Of a stretch of 64,000 nucleotides of DNA, positions 30,864 through 44,416 are shown in pieces. A program made the translations under genes and the position numbers. The stretch's first letter is position 1; each line of letters starts with the position of its first letter. Location of the stretch: the NCBI GenBank assembly GCA_963708295.1, contig CAVPSJ010000013.1:32001-96000 (forward strand), in the 5' to 3' direction. The notes under the pieces were generated by a model, which saw only the letters and a program-made list of their open reading frames with translations, was not told where the DNA came from and did no database searches. The stretch comes from an uncultured delta proteobacterium (lineage in GTDB: Bacteria; Desulfobacterota; BSN033; UBA1163).

Positions 30864-31890
30864 GACCTCAACCCTTACTATCCGTGATCATCCCCAACTG
30901 GAATGGACGAAGATTTCTTGAAGAGTGTATCGATTCTCTCAAGGGACAGACTTTCCAAGATTTCGAGACCCTCCTGGTGGATAACGGATCGACGGATGGT
31001 TCGGCTGACTTTGCTGAAGCGCAATACGGGGAGTTCATTCGGGTCCTTCGGAATAAGAAGAATCTCGGTTTCGCCGGGAGGGAATAATATCGGAATCCAA
31101 GCGGCGAGAGGGGAGTATATCGTCCTTTTAAATAATGATACCTGGGCCGACCCTCGCTGGCTTGAGGAGCTGGCCAAGGCGACCCGGTCCGATCCACCGA
31201 TCGGGATGTGGGCTTCTAAAGTTTGTTCCTACTCTCGAAGAGATCGAATCGAGGGGGTGGGAGAGCTCATCTACTGGGATGGATTGTGTCCGGGCCCGGG
31301 GACAGTATGAGCAGGATCACGGCCAGTACGACGTGATGGAAGAAATCCTTTTTCCGCCGGGATGCGGAGCCATGTACCGGAAAAGCCTGTTCGATGGGAT
31401 CGGTCTTTTTGACGAAGATTTCTTTGCCTATGCCGATGATAGCGAAATCGGGATTCGGGCACGACTGGCAGGCTGGAAATGTCTCTTTGTTCCCTCGGCC
31501 ATCGTCTATCATAAAAACTCTGGAACAGCCGGGCAATATTCTCCTCTGAAAGCCTTTTATGTCGAGAGAAACCGTTTCTGGATTACCATCAAATACTTCC
31601 CTTTTCCGCTGCTCCTTCTCAGTATCTTTTTTACATTCTATCGGTTTGCTTTCCAGGCTTATGGAGCCCTCACTCATCGAGGAGCTGCCGGAAGGTTTAC
31701 AGAAATCTATTCTCCGTTAAAATTAATCCTCATTCTATTAAAAGCCTACGGCTCAGGGATTCGTCTTCTCCCTCGGATGTGGAAGAAGAGGAGGATGTTA
31801 AGATCACTAAGAAAAGTCTCCTATGGTGAGATCTTTAGTTGGTTCCGACGATTCGGGATTACCGCTCAAAAAATCTCCCTTCGAAATTAA
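30860..31890 (+). CDS. GT2 glycosyltransferase (two frameshifts)
   Basis: SVIIPNWNG, VDNGSTDGS, LLNNDT, GLFDEDFFAYADD, VERNR. Confidence 0.88.
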
Positions 31891-32195
31891 CAAAAGATTC
31901 GAAGAAACAGGTGTAAACAAGATATCGCTTCATAAGGAATAAATCGAATTTTCAGGACGGAGGAAGTCCAAGAAAGAATGCAGAAACAAAAAATCACGAA
32001 AAAGAATGGTATGACAACCCACCCCCAGCCAGGGGGCGGGATATTATCCAAGTGGCTACAAGGGTTCACATCGGACAACTCAAGCGCCAGTTTCCAACCC
32101 ACAAGGCCATTCTGAGCCTTTTTTGGGGTACTGTTATATCTCAGGAAGAAAAGTATAACTCTCGAATAGCATAGATCGGTTGACGTCCGCGTGGG

Positions 32196-32248
32196 GTCAT
32201 TGCGAACGAAACAATCTCATGAGGTTGTCGCGTCTTCTCGCTAATGCA
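32196..32248. repeat. Degenerate GTCATTGCGA...GAAGCAATCTC-type palindromic repeat
   Basis: GTCATTGCGAACGAAACAATCTC-AT-GAGGTTGTCG..CTCGCTAATG; related copy at 33274. Confidence 0.55.
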
Positions 32249-32279
32249 GGACGACGCGCAGCTGGCCGGAGAATTTGTT

Positions 32280-32742
32280 ATGCGTACGAAAAAGGGTCAG
32301 AAAATTGGAATCATTTGTTCGCATGGAGGCCATTTCACGGAGCTCCTTCAAGTGCAGGAAGCCTTCAGGGGCTATCCTACTTTTTTGTTGACTTATAGGG
32401 AAGTGTCTACATCGAATCAAAAAAATACATATTACATTGCGAACATTGGTAAAAGTCCTGTGGGTTTCATTTTCGGACTCTTCAAAATATTTCTCATCTT
32501 CTTGAAAGAGAGGCCGACGATCCTCTTTTCGACAGGATCGGAAATTGCCATCCCTCCCTTCTATTTCGGAAAATTCCTTTTTGGCACCAAACTTATCTAT
32601 CTCGAATGCAGTGCCCAGGTGTACCGTCCTTCGATGACAGGAAAGGGTTGTATCCCGATTACCGATCTATTTCTTGTCCAGTGGGAACCTTTACTCCAAG
32701 AAGTATGGTCCGAAGGCAAAATATGTAGGTGGGCTGATATGA
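32280..32742 (+). CDS. pssD: Alg14/PssD/Cps14F-like glycosyltransferase subunit (frameshifts)
   Basis: ICSHGGHFTEL, FSTGSEIAIP, IYLECSA, FLVQW, KYVGGLI. Confidence 0.85.
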
Positions 32743-33231
32743 TCTTTGTGACGGTAGGAAATCATTTTCAGGAATTTGATCGTCTTTTAAAGAAAGTGGA
32801 TGAAATTGCGCCCAGGATCCCCCATGAAATTGTGATCCAGAAAGGGTTATTCAAAGTATGTTCCACAGAAATACGAAGTATTTTGATTTTGTACCTATGG
32901 AGCGGCCATGGAATATATTCAGAAATCTGATTTAGTCATTTCTCACGCAGGGATTGGAACGATTATTCTTTGCAAAGAGAATGGGATACCCCTGATCATC
33001 TTTCCCAGGAGGAAAAAGTATGGAGAGCATGGGACTGACCATCAAATGGAGATCGCACAGGTTTTAGAAGAGCGGGGGGACAAAAATATCTATATTGTCT
33101 ATGAAGAAAATCAGTTGGAAGAAAAAATCATGGAGGTCGTGGGCAAGAAAGAAATGGTTCAGGTGGAGAACAGAGGAAGAGAAAATCTCATCAGAACGAT
33201 TAAAGAGTTCATTGAAACCTGCCGGGAATGA
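32739..33231 (+). CDS. pssE: Alg13/PssE/Cps14G-like glycosyltransferase subunit (frameshifts)
   Basis: MIFVTVGNHFQEFDRLL, VISHAGIGT, PRRKKYGEHGTDHQME; ATGA overlap with pssD. Confidence 0.85.
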
Positions 33232-33273
33232 AAAAAACGTGTCTCTGCAATTCCGAATTCGCGATAGACGGTA

Positions 33274-33314
33274 GCATTGCGAATGAAATGAAGCGATCTC
33301 GCAGTGAGATTGCC
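33274..33314. repeat. Degenerate CATTGCGA...GAAGCGATCTC-type palindromic repeat
   Basis: GCATTGCGAATGAAATGAAGCGATCTC-GCAGT-GAGATTGCC. Confidence 0.55.
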
Positions 33315-33495
33315 GGCCCATTCAGGTGCTAGCACAACAGATTTGGAAAGACGGTTTTCCGCAAATCAGAATTTGATTTTTCTCCGAATTATCGAATTTA
33401 AGCCTCTCATTTGCTAAAATCCTTCTCAGTTTTTCGAAAGAATATACTGAGAAAGTGGTTTTTATCGCGCTTATTGTGTTACACAATGTCGATAG

Positions 33496-35488
<1,993 letters not shown>

Positions 35489-35521
35489 AGGGAAAATGCG
35501 AAGAAGTCGTTGGGAGCGAAG

Positions 35522-36379
35522 ATGGCGGAAAATGAAGCCATTCGATTCAAAGTTGAAGCTCTTCCTAAGGTGATCATCAAACCTTCACGAGGCTGGTTTA
35601 CCCTTCGCTTGAATGACCTATGGCAGTATCGTGAGCTATTGTACTTCCTGACCTGGCGGGATATCAAGGTCCGGTATAAGCAGACTGTCCTGGGAGCAGC
35701 CTGGGCGATTATCCAGCCCTTTTTCACCATGGTGGTATTTACCCTGTTCTTTGGGAAGTTGGCAAAGATCCCTTCGGAAGGGGTGCCTTATCCTATCTTC
35801 AGTTACGCCGGACTTCTGCCCTGGACATTCTTTGCCCAGGCGATGAATCAATCGTCCGATAGTTTGGTTGGGAACGCTAATTTAATTACCAAGGTCTATT
35901 TCCCTCGCTTGGTCATTCCTCTTTCCGCGGGTCTTGCTCCTTTGGTAGATTTTTGCATTGCTTTTGTTGTGCTGATCGGGATGATGTTCTATTACCAGAT
36001 ATTTCCGACAGGCACTTTAATCTGGCTGCCGGTCTTTTTATTGCTTGCCTTTGCCACATCTCTTGGCGTTGGGCTATGGCTTTCGGCACTGAATGTGCAA
36101 TATCGAGATGTGCGTTACACCGTACCCTTTCTAACTCAATTATGGCTTTTTGCTACGCCGGTGATTTACCCGAGCAGCGGGGTACATGGTCCCTGGCGGA
36201 TCGTTCTTGGATTGAATCCGATGACCGGAGTGGTGGAGGGGTTTCGTTGGGCGCTTTTGGGAATTGGAGCGGCTCCCGGAGCCATGATCTACACGTCGAT
36301 GGGGGTCGCCCTCCTACTCGTTTTTACAGGGCTAATATACTTTAAACGAATGGAAAAGACGTTCGCGGATATCGTTTAA
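35522..36379 (+). CDS. wzm: Polysaccharide ABC transporter permease
   Basis: RDIKVRYKQTVLG, KVYFPR, YRDV, TPVIYP, NPM, FADIV. Confidence 0.95.
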   Translation: MAENEAIRFKVEALPKVIIKPSRGWFTLRLNDLWQYRELLYFLTWRDIKVRYKQTVLGAAWAIIQPFFTMVVFTLFFGKLAKIPSEGVPYPIFSYAGLLPWTFFAQAMNQSSDSLVGNANLITKVYFPRLVIPLSAGLAPLVDFCIAFVVLIGMMFYYQIFPTGTLIWLPVFLLLAFATSLGVGLWLSALNVQYRDVRYTVPFLTQLWLFATPVIYPSSGVHGPWRIVLGLNPMTGVVEGFRWALLGIGAAPGAMIYTSMGVALLLVFTGLIYFKRMEKTFADIV

Positions 36380-36483
36380 GAAGAGACGGAAGATGGGAGT
36401 CGTCAGACGAGGTGCAATAAGCGGAAGACGCACGAGGGAGGCTTCCGTCCGCGGTCCTCGATCCTCTGTCAGAGGTATCCTTC

Positions 36484-37771
36484 ATGAGTGATATTACAAT
36501 TCGCGTTGAGAATCTAGGCAAGCGCTATCGCATCGGACAGCGGGAACCCTACAAGACTCTGCGCGATGCCGTGACAGATGCTATTTACCGTGCGTTTCCG
36601 AAAGGGGAGAAAAAAAAATCTTCCAATCCAGCAATCTGATTTCCGAGATCCAAAATCAGATTACATCTGGGCATTAAAGGATGTTTCCTTTGAGATCGAG
36701 CAAGGTGAGGTAGTAGGCGTGATCGGCCGAAACGGAGCAGGCAAAACCACTCTGCTTAAAATCCTTTCTCGTACGACTGAGCCGACCGAAGGCTACGCCG
36801 AGATCAACGGTCGGGTAGGTTCTCTTCTGGAAGTAGGTACTGGTTTCCATCCCGAACTCACCGGCAGGGAAAACATTTACTTGAATGCAGCCATCTTGGG
36901 AATGAAGAGGCGGGAAATCGACCGGAAGTTCGATGAAATTGTGGACTTTGCGGAGGTAGAGAAATTCTTAGACACACCGGTGAAGCATTACTCAAGTGGC
37001 ATGTACGTCCGCCTTGCTTTTGCCGTAGCAGCCCATCTGGAGCCAGAGATATTGATAGTGGACGAGGTCCTGGCAGTGGGTGATACCCAATTTCAGAAAA
37101 AGTGTTTGGGAAAAATGGGGGATGTAGCCAAAGGGGGTCGAACGGTCTTGTTTGTGAGTCATCAAATGGGGGCTATCGCTCAATTGTGTAGCAAGGCCCT
37201 TCTCTTAAGCAAAGGGAATGTTGCGAAGGCAGGAGATGCACAGCGGGTCATTGACTATTATCTAAGCGATACATTATCGGCAAGCAAGAATGAATTTACT
37301 GCGGGTGCAAACTGTGAGAAAGATATGTTTGTTGCTAAGGTGCAAGCGTTAAATTCCGGAGGAGGAGTAACGTCCCATTTTTCTCATCAAGAAAAAATAA
37401 CTATTGCCATCTCTTATAAAATAAATAAATGGATATCTGATGTGAATATTGGTTTTTTTGTAAGGGACACAAGAGGCAGAAGAGTATTTACGACTGAAAA
37501 TAGGGAATGGGATAATGTGAAGGTGGAAGAACAGGAATTATACGTAACCGTTACAATACCCTCTAACTTTTTAGTTCCGGGACAGTATTTGTTCACATTT
37601 TTTGTAAGTGTTCCTAGGATAAGATTTGTTGATTGGGTAGAAGATGTCCTATCGATTACTATCGTTGATACCGGCTCAAGGTTTTTAATGTATGAAGGCG
37701 GTGACTACGGTTGTGTTTTTGCTGATTGTAAGTGGAATGTTGGGATTGGAAAACGCTTGTCTGAAAGCTGA
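36484..37771 (+). CDS. wzt: Polysaccharide ABC transporter ATPase with Wzt C-terminal domain (frameshift ~36590)
   Basis: MSDITIRVENLGKRY, GRNGAGKTT, YSSGMYVRLAF, DEVLAVGD; C-terminal beta domain (IPSNFLVPGQY). Confidence 0.95.
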
Positions 37772-37825
37772 TGATTGAAACATAGCAACCGAGTACCGGA
37801 AGAACGTTTTAGGGCGGATGAGTTA

Positions 37826-38858
37826 ATGGCTCATAGAATGGAAAATGGCCAGGGCTTAAATTTATTGGGATTATTTTACAAAAGGGTTAGAACAATATTC
37901 ATGAATATACTTTCGCGGCAGGCGACGTCGTCGTTCAAATGACAAAGACATTTACTCTCTTTACCAACGGTTACTCGAGCGGCAACCTGATCCGGATGAG
38001 TTGCTTCATTGGAAGACTACGGGGGCCAAGATTGATGATATTACGAATGCGCTTTTATTAAGCTACGAATATGAGCAGAAGAGAGTCAATCAACAAAGGG
38101 TTCTGGTTGATATTAAAAAATTCAAAATCTACGCGATGAAAAGTGACTCCGAAGTTGGGCGGGGCATTATTCAGTCACAGGTTTATGAGCCTCATGTCAC
38201 AAATATTTTAGCTGAAATCTTAAATCCAGGGGACGTTTTTCTGGATTTGGGAGCGAATATAGGCTATTTCTCGCTACTGGCAGCAAGCATTGTGCAGGCC
38301 TCTGGAAAAGTAATTTCATTTGAACCAAACACACAAAACCTGCAACTGTTCTATGCAAGTATTCTTGAAAATAAGTTGAAGAATATTATCGTTTATCCTT
38401 TGGCAGCCTCGGACAATGCTCGAATTATGAAACTTACGTCTTTCGGATCGAATGGGTTTCTAGAGATACCGCAGTCTGGTGTGGCAAATGCCCAGTATTT
38501 ACAATCGGTTACAGTTGATGAATTGCTTCGGAATGAAGGAAGGTTTAACGTAGTAAAAATGGACATCGAGGGCTATGAACCTCTTGCACTGAAGGGCATG
38601 GATAAAATCATAAAGAAGCACAAACCTATTATTCTTACGGAATTCAGTCCGTGGCACATTAAACACCGAACTCAAATCGAACCACAAGAGTATCTGAAAC
38701 AACTAACCCGGTATGGTTATGACCTTTATATTATTGAACCATCGGGATGTTCCACATTGGCTTCTGATACTGATTTTGTGATGGACTTCTGGGGAAAATT
38801 GGGCAACGATAAACAACATCTTGACCTGATCGCTCAACCCTTTGGACGGTCGACGTAA
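37826..38858 (+). CDS. FkbM family methyltransferase with N-terminal helical (DUF4214-like) segment; start uncertain
   Basis: YEP, FLDLGANIGYFS, FEPN, KMDIEGYE; upstream YQRLLERQPDPDELLHW. Confidence 0.85.
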
Positions 38859-39050
38859 TTTCACCAACCGTCAGTTCCTCTAAAGCTGTAAACGAAATCG
38901 TTGTTTCGAATCGATTTTAGGGAAAAACGAAATAAGGTTATGAAGGTTGATCTCATACTCCCCTGAAGGTTGTATGAAGATTCAAAGGTAGTCTATGGCC
39001 TATGTTATTTTATTGTGGCAAACATAAAATGTTATACCTGGGACAAACCG

Positions 39051-39509
39051 ATGGCTGAAACGCTTGGTTCCCTGTGCGATAAGCTGATAATAGTAAAACT
39101 TAAACAATGGCACTCCGAAGATCCAGTTCGTCTTGAGAGCCTGGCTGCCCAGGAAATACAACTCCAGACTGAGATTAGTGAATTCGTTGCTGACGCCATT
39201 TCTGGAAAAATTTGTCTCGATCGCCTGACCTTTGCTGCTAATAAAGTATACGAGGAAGAAAAACATATTGTTCCCGATGTCACGGGAAACATCGGAACGG
39301 TTTTTTCGAAGCTTGCCGATGTCAATTGTGCGTTATGGCACGAACAGGAAAAAGTTTACGAATTTGAAAAGGTGCCCTTGGATGAGAAAGACGAGGTTGT
39401 CAAGAAGCTTGCCCTTCTTAATCTCCAACGTAACAAATGTATCGATCGGATTAATAGGCAGTTTCATTCATATATTGAAAAGATACGAAGAGGTGACGAA
39501 AATGAGTAG
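39051..39509 (+). CDS. Small helical protein, DUF6165/DUF4254-like
   Basis: MAETLGSLCDKLIIVKLKQWH and VNCALWHEQEKVY..LNLQRNKCIDRIN; family assignment by remembered motif only. Confidence 0.6.
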   Translation: MAETLGSLCDKLIIVKLKQWHSEDPVRLESLAAQEIQLQTEISEFVADAISGKICLDRLTFAANKVYEEEKHIVPDVTGNIGTVFSKLADVNCALWHEQEKVYEFEKVPLDEKDEVVKKLALLNLQRNKCIDRINRQFHSYIEKIRRGDENE

Positions 39510-39521
39510 GGGACAGAAAAA

Positions 39522-40783
39522 ATGCATTTAATCCATAGAAAAACATGTCGTGTTTGTGGCTCGTCGGCACTTACCCGGGTCATTGATCTTGGCGAACAAT
39601 ATTTGCAGGGTTCGTTTGTAAAGCCTGGTAAGGAACTGCCACCCATGCGTAAAATTCCTACTTCATTAGTACGGTGCGATCCGATGAAAGATGAGGAGGC
39701 CTGTGGACTGCTGCAAATGGAGCAGACAGTCCCGCCAGAGGTTCTTTATTCGGCGTATTGGTACCGTTCTGGCACTAACAATACCATGCGGCAGCATCTG
39801 CGCGGCATCGTGGAGGAGGCGGTCGTCATTTTAAACAAGCCCACTGCTCGTGTTCTCGACATCGGCTGCAATGACGGGACGCTCCTTAGTTATTATCCGA
39901 ATAAGTTTGAGAAATACGGCGTGGACCCTTCAGACGTTGCCCAGGAGATAAAGAACGATGTTACGGTCGTGCAGGACATTTTTCCTTCTGATGAATTGAA
40001 CGAGTTGTTTGCAGGGCAAGAAGCTTGATATCATCACTTCCATTGCCATGTTCTACGACCTTGAACATCCGATTGAGTTCACGAAAGCGAATCAAAGACA
40101 GTCTTGCGCCTGAAGGGATCTGGATCTTTGAGATGTCCTACATGCCGACCATGCTCAAGATGACGTCGTATGATACTATTTGTCATGAACATTTGGAATA
40201 TTACAGTCTGGCGGTCATTGAATATATCCTGAAACAGGCGGGCATGAAGATCTTTGACGTTTCGCTTAATGCCATCAACGGTGGTAGTATCCGCTGCTTC
40301 GCTACCCATGCAGACAACTTCGCCTACAAAAGGGATGCGTTTACGCAGCACATCAAGGCGCTGCACCAGGAGGAATTCGACCTGGAATTGGATACGGACA
40401 AACCCTACAAGAATTTCCAGAGGCGTGTCAACAAGCACAAGGTGGAACTCATCTCCCTGCTTAAAAAGCTGAAGAAGAATGGCAAACGGATCCATATTTA
40501 TGGCGCGTCGACGAAGGGCAACACTATTCTACAATGGTGTGGTATTGACAAGAGAATGATTGACGTCGCCGCAGAAAGAAATCCCGACAAATATGGAGCT
40601 CGAACCCTGGGTACGGATATTCCCATCGTCAGTGAGGCTGAATCACGGGCTATGAATCCCGATTATTATCTGGTTTTACCCTGGCACTTCAAAGAAGAAT
40701 TCATTGAGCGAGAAAAAGGGACACTGGAAAGAGGGATTGCTCTGATTTTCCCGTTGCCGACCATCGAAATAATAAAGAAATAG
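39522..40783 (+). CDS. NDP-sugar C-methyltransferase (TcaB9/NovU-like, Zn-binding), frameshifted
   Basis: CRVCGS, YWYRSG, VLDIGCNDGTLL, DTICHEHLEYYS, NGGS, YGASTKGN, LPWHF, FPLP. Confidence 0.9.
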
Positions 40784-40798
40784 AGGGCGGAACTTAAC

Positions 40799-41674
40799 AT
40801 GGGGTGCGCTTCGAATAACAAATTAACAAATAAGATTAGCACTTTTTTTCATAGTCTCTTGACTTCTAACAAGAAAGTTGATCGGGACCGCGGCGTTTCT
40901 CCTTACAAGAGGAAGTATGATGATCCGGTGCTTGAATATTTTGAAACGCCTCTCGGAAACTACTACTTGCCAAATAATGCTCCCCGAGACATCGTCATCA
41001 ACAGCATGAAATTTGGCGAAATTTTTGAGCCTGAAGTCGTGGATTTAGCGAGTCATTTCATCAAAAGCGGGACAGCCGTTCTGGACGTAGGCGCAAACTT
41101 TGGGCAGATGTCTCTTTTGTTTTCGCGGCGAGTCGGCCCTGGAGGGATTGTTTATGCTTTTGAAGCTGATGATTTCATCTGTGAGGTCCTTAAAAAAAAT
41201 ATCGCTGCCAACAAATGTACAAACATCAAGCCAATCTGCAAGGCCGTCTATAATAAAAATGACGCTGTGATGTTATATCCAGTTCAAGATTTCAAGAGGT
41301 TCGATTCATATGGGTCGTACGGTTTGGATCCTAAGGCTAAAGAAGGCAGGGAAGTCAGAACCATTACAATTGACAGTCTCGATATACAGGAACCCATCAG
41401 TTTTATGAAGGTTGATGTCCAAGGGAGCGACTTATTCGTCTTAGAAGGTGCTGTTGAAACCATCAAAAGGCATAAGATGCCAATTTTATTTGAATATGAG
41501 GAGCAGTTTGGCGATGAGTTCAACGCAAAATGGCCAGATTATAAGGGCTTTATCGAATCCATATCGTACAGAATAGAAAAAACAATCTATAACATTAACT
41601 ATTTAATTGTACCAAAGAAAAGAAATGAGTCACGGCGGTGTTCTGGTGGACTGACATGGTTTACCAGCTTCTAG
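40799..41674 (+). CDS. FkbM family methyltransferase
   Basis: FEPE, LDVGANFGQ, FEAD, TITIDSL, MKVDVQGSD. Confidence 0.88.
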   Translation: MGCASNNKLTNKISTFFHSLLTSNKKVDRDRGVSPYKRKYDDPVLEYFETPLGNYYLPNNAPRDIVINSMKFGEIFEPEVVDLASHFIKSGTAVLDVGANFGQMSLLFSRRVGPGGIVYAFEADDFICEVLKKNIAANKCTNIKPICKAVYNKNDAVMLYPVQDFKRFDSYGSYGLDPKAKEGREVRTITIDSLDIQEPISFMKVDVQGSDLFVLEGAVETIKRHKMPILFEYEEQFGDEFNAKWPDYKGFIESISYRIEKTIYNINYLIVPKKRNESRRCSGGLTWFTSF

Positions 41675-41765
41675 CATTTTGAAAAGTCAGGGAGATACCG
41701 GTATTTTATTCTAAACCGCTTTCTCACCCCAAAAAACTGAATATAAATAACAAAGTGCTCTACCT

Positions 41766-43547
41766 ATGCAATCAGCATTAAACACCAGAAATTCAGCCAC
41801 TAAGAGTATCCTGATCATATCGCACAAGGAACAACGCTGTGGTGTGTACCAATATGGGCGGAACATTGCTGACGCGCTTAGAAAATCAAAGAAATATTCT
41901 TTTAGATATGCTGAGTGTTCAGGGGTAAATGAGTTTTCATCAATAGTAGACAGTGTCGGGCCCGCGGCGATCATTTACAATTATTACCCATCGACGCTCC
42001 CGTGGTTAAAAAGGAAAAATATCCGAAAGATTAAGGTTCCGCACATTGGTATTATTCATGAAGTGACGCAACAAGCAGCGGATTCGGCAGATGGGTCTTT
42101 TTTTCAGTATCATATAGCGGCAGACCCGACCTTATTGCTAAAGAACCCCGTGGTTTATAAAACAGGTAGACTTATACCGAAATATTCAAATATTTATGAT
42201 TTGCCCGGAATACCCACGATTGGCAGTTTTGGGTTTGGAACTGCAGGCAAAGGGTTTGAGACGCTGATCTCAACTGTACAAAAAGAATTTGATAAAGCCA
42301 TCATCAGATTGCATATTCCTTTTGCTGCCTTCGGAGATTCGGATGGGAGTGAAGCGCGCGCGATTGCGAAGCGATGTAAAGAACTCATTCTCAAGCCCGG
42401 TATTGAATTATTGCTGAGCCACGATTTTCTTAGTCAGGAGCAATTGTTAGATTTTCTCGCGAAGAATTCGATGAATGCGTTTTTCTACGAAAAAAACAAG
42501 GGACGTGGGATTTCCAGCGTGATAGATTATGCGCTCGCCGTGCAAAGGCCTATCGCAATCACAAAGAGCAATATGTTCCGTCATATCTATTCAACGTTTC
42601 CTTCAATATGTATTGAAGACGCAAGTTTGAAAGAAATAATGAATCACGGGATTGAGCCGCTGCTGAAATATTGTCGGGATTGGAATGAGGAAAACCTTAT
42701 TTGGGATTACGAGAGAATTGTCGGCAAAGTGCTCCTTACAAAGCGGATATCCGCTCCTGTCCAATTTATGAATAGGGTGAAGAAAGCCCTTCGAGGTTTT
42801 GAAACAGAGAGAATGAGGGAGTTTTGGATCCCGGCGATAAACGAGGTAGATGCTGGAATAAGGACAGTTGAGAGCGGTCGATATTCAGTCTCTTCCATTC
42901 CTGATGTCATTTCATTTAACCGTATACTAGACAAGGCTGCACGGGAGCAGTACAAACCCGTCATCGACGACTTGTTTGACGTTCTTCCTGAGATGATGGC
43001 GCACAAGATACCCGAAGCAAATATCCAGCAGGCATTTGTCCTTGATTCAGTGCTTAAGTTTGCCCTCGGCTCTGCATCTCCCAAAATACTATGTGTCGGC
43101 AGCTATGGGGACACTGCCGCCGCGGCCTTAAAAAGACTTGGTCACAAGATGGACGAGGTTGATCCAGTGCTTAATTATGACCTAGGGACGTTTATGCACA
43201 AACCGTCTACGATCAAAGGGAGTTATGATATCATCTTTTCAACCTCCGTCATTGAGCATGTGGAAAAGGATGAATTGTTTATTACCCAGATTGCCTCGCT
43301 GCTCGCTCCAGGTGGAGTTGCAATCCTTACCGTTGACTTCAACGACCAATACAAACCAGGAGCCCCCATTCCTCACGAAGATTTTCGTCTGTATACTCAG
43401 AAAGATTTCAAGGAAAGACTGCTGCCCCTTTTGAAAGATTGTTCGCTTGTCGACGCGCCCCAGTGGGATTGTCCGAACCCTGATTTTACCTATGCTGGGT
43501 GTCGGTATACTTTTGCGACGCTTGTTTTTAGAAAAAATATGGCATGA
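41766..43547 (+). CDS. Glycosyltransferase-like (GT-B) plus class I methyltransferase fusion
   Basis: N-terminal CGVYQYG, IGSFGF, KGFE, GISSVIDYALAVQRPIA; C-terminal CVGS, YDIIFSTSVIEHV, LLAPGG. Confidence 0.7.
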   Translation: MQSALNTRNSATKSILIISHKEQRCGVYQYGRNIADALRKSKKYSFRYAECSGVNEFSSIVDSVGPAAIIYNYYPSTLPWLKRKNIRKIKVPHIGIIHEVTQQAADSADGSFFQYHIAADPTLLLKNPVVYKTGRLIPKYSNIYDLPGIPTIGSFGFGTAGKGFETLISTVQKEFDKAIIRLHIPFAAFGDSDGSEARAIAKRCKELILKPGIELLLSHDFLSQEQLLDFLAKNSMNAFFYEKNKGRGISSVIDYALAVQRPIAITKSNMFRHIYSTFPSICIEDASLKEIMNHGIEPLLKYCRDWNEENLIWDYERIVGKVLLTKRISAPVQFMNRVKKALRGFETERMREFWIPAINEVDAGIRTVESGRYSVSSIPDVISFNRILDKAAREQYKPVIDDLFDVLPEMMAHKIPEANIQQAFVLDSVLKFALGSASPKILCVGSYGDTAAAALKRLGHKMDEVDPVLNYDLGTFMHKPSTIKGSYDIIFSTSVIEHVEKDELFITQIASLLAPGGVAILTVDFNDQYKPGAPIPHEDFRLYTQKDFKERLLPLLKDCSLVDAPQWDCPNPDFTYAGCRYTFATLVFRKNMA

Positions 43548-44416
43548 AAGCGATAATTTTCGGTGCAAACGGCCAGGACGGACATTATTTGAGTGAACTA
43601 TGCAAGCTCAAAACAATAGAGCCGATAGGGGTTTCGCGCTGTGGCAATTGGGTGCGAGGTGATGTATCGAATTATAAGCAGGTTGAACAATTAATCAAAG
43701 AGCATAAACCGACCTATATTTTTCATGTCGCTGCAAAGTCAACAACACGTCATGACGCACTTTTTGAAAATCACGAAACAATTTCCACAGGCACGCTTAA
43801 CATCCTCGAGGCCGTTAGACTTCATAGCCCAACAGCGAAAATATTTATTACAGGGAGCGGCGTTCAGTTTGAAAATAAAGGGGCCCCGATTTCAGAAGTC
43901 GATAAATTTGATGCGAATAGCCCATACGCTGTCGCACGTATTCAGTCGGTATATGCAGCTCGATATTATCGTTCGCTCGGATTAAGGGTGTACGTCGGTT
44001 ATTTATTTCATCATGAAAGTCCGCTTCGTAAAGCCCATCACGTCAGTAAAATAGTTGCGCTTGCCGCCCGTCGAATTGCTGATGGCGGCAAGGAAATCAT
44101 CGAACTCGGTGATATTTCCGTTAAAAAGGAATGGACATTTGCGGGTGATGTAGCCGGGGGCATTTTTACGCTCATTGATCAGGATGATGTGTTTGAAGCC
44201 GTTATCGGCTCTGGTGTTGCATATACGATTGAAAATTGGCTTGAACAATGTTTTGGTATGATAGGGAAAGATTGGCATGATCACGTACGAATCCGAGAAG
44301 GATTTACACCTGAGTACAAATGCCTTGTTTCAAATCCTGGAACCATAAATTCCCTCGGTTGGTTCCCGGCTGTAGGGTTCCAAGAATTGACAAGAATGAT
44401 GATCGCTGCAATATGA
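43544..44416 (+). CDS. GMD-like short-chain dehydrogenase with altered catalytic motifs
   Basis: FGANGQDG, FHHESP, KEWTFAGD; but TGSGVQF and SPYAVAR replace SSSEMF and SPYAAAK. Confidence 0.8.
   Translation: MKAIIFGANGQDGHYLSELCKLKTIEPIGVSRCGNWVRGDVSNYKQVEQLIKEHKPTYIFHVAAKSTTRHDALFENHETISTGTLNILEAVRLHSPTAKIFITGSGVQFENKGAPISEVDKFDANSPYAVARIQSVYAARYYRSLGLRVYVGYLFHHESPLRKAHHVSKIVALAARRIADGGKEIIELGDISVKKEWTFAGDVAGGIFTLIDQDDVFEAVIGSGVAYTIENWLEQCFGMIGKDWHDHVRIREGFTPEYKCLVSNPGTINSLGWFPAVGFQELTRMMIAAI

Noticed and set aside
32244-32930. Apparent PssD-PssE fusion
   Set aside because: Frameshifts; a normal ATGA overlap exists at 32739-32742
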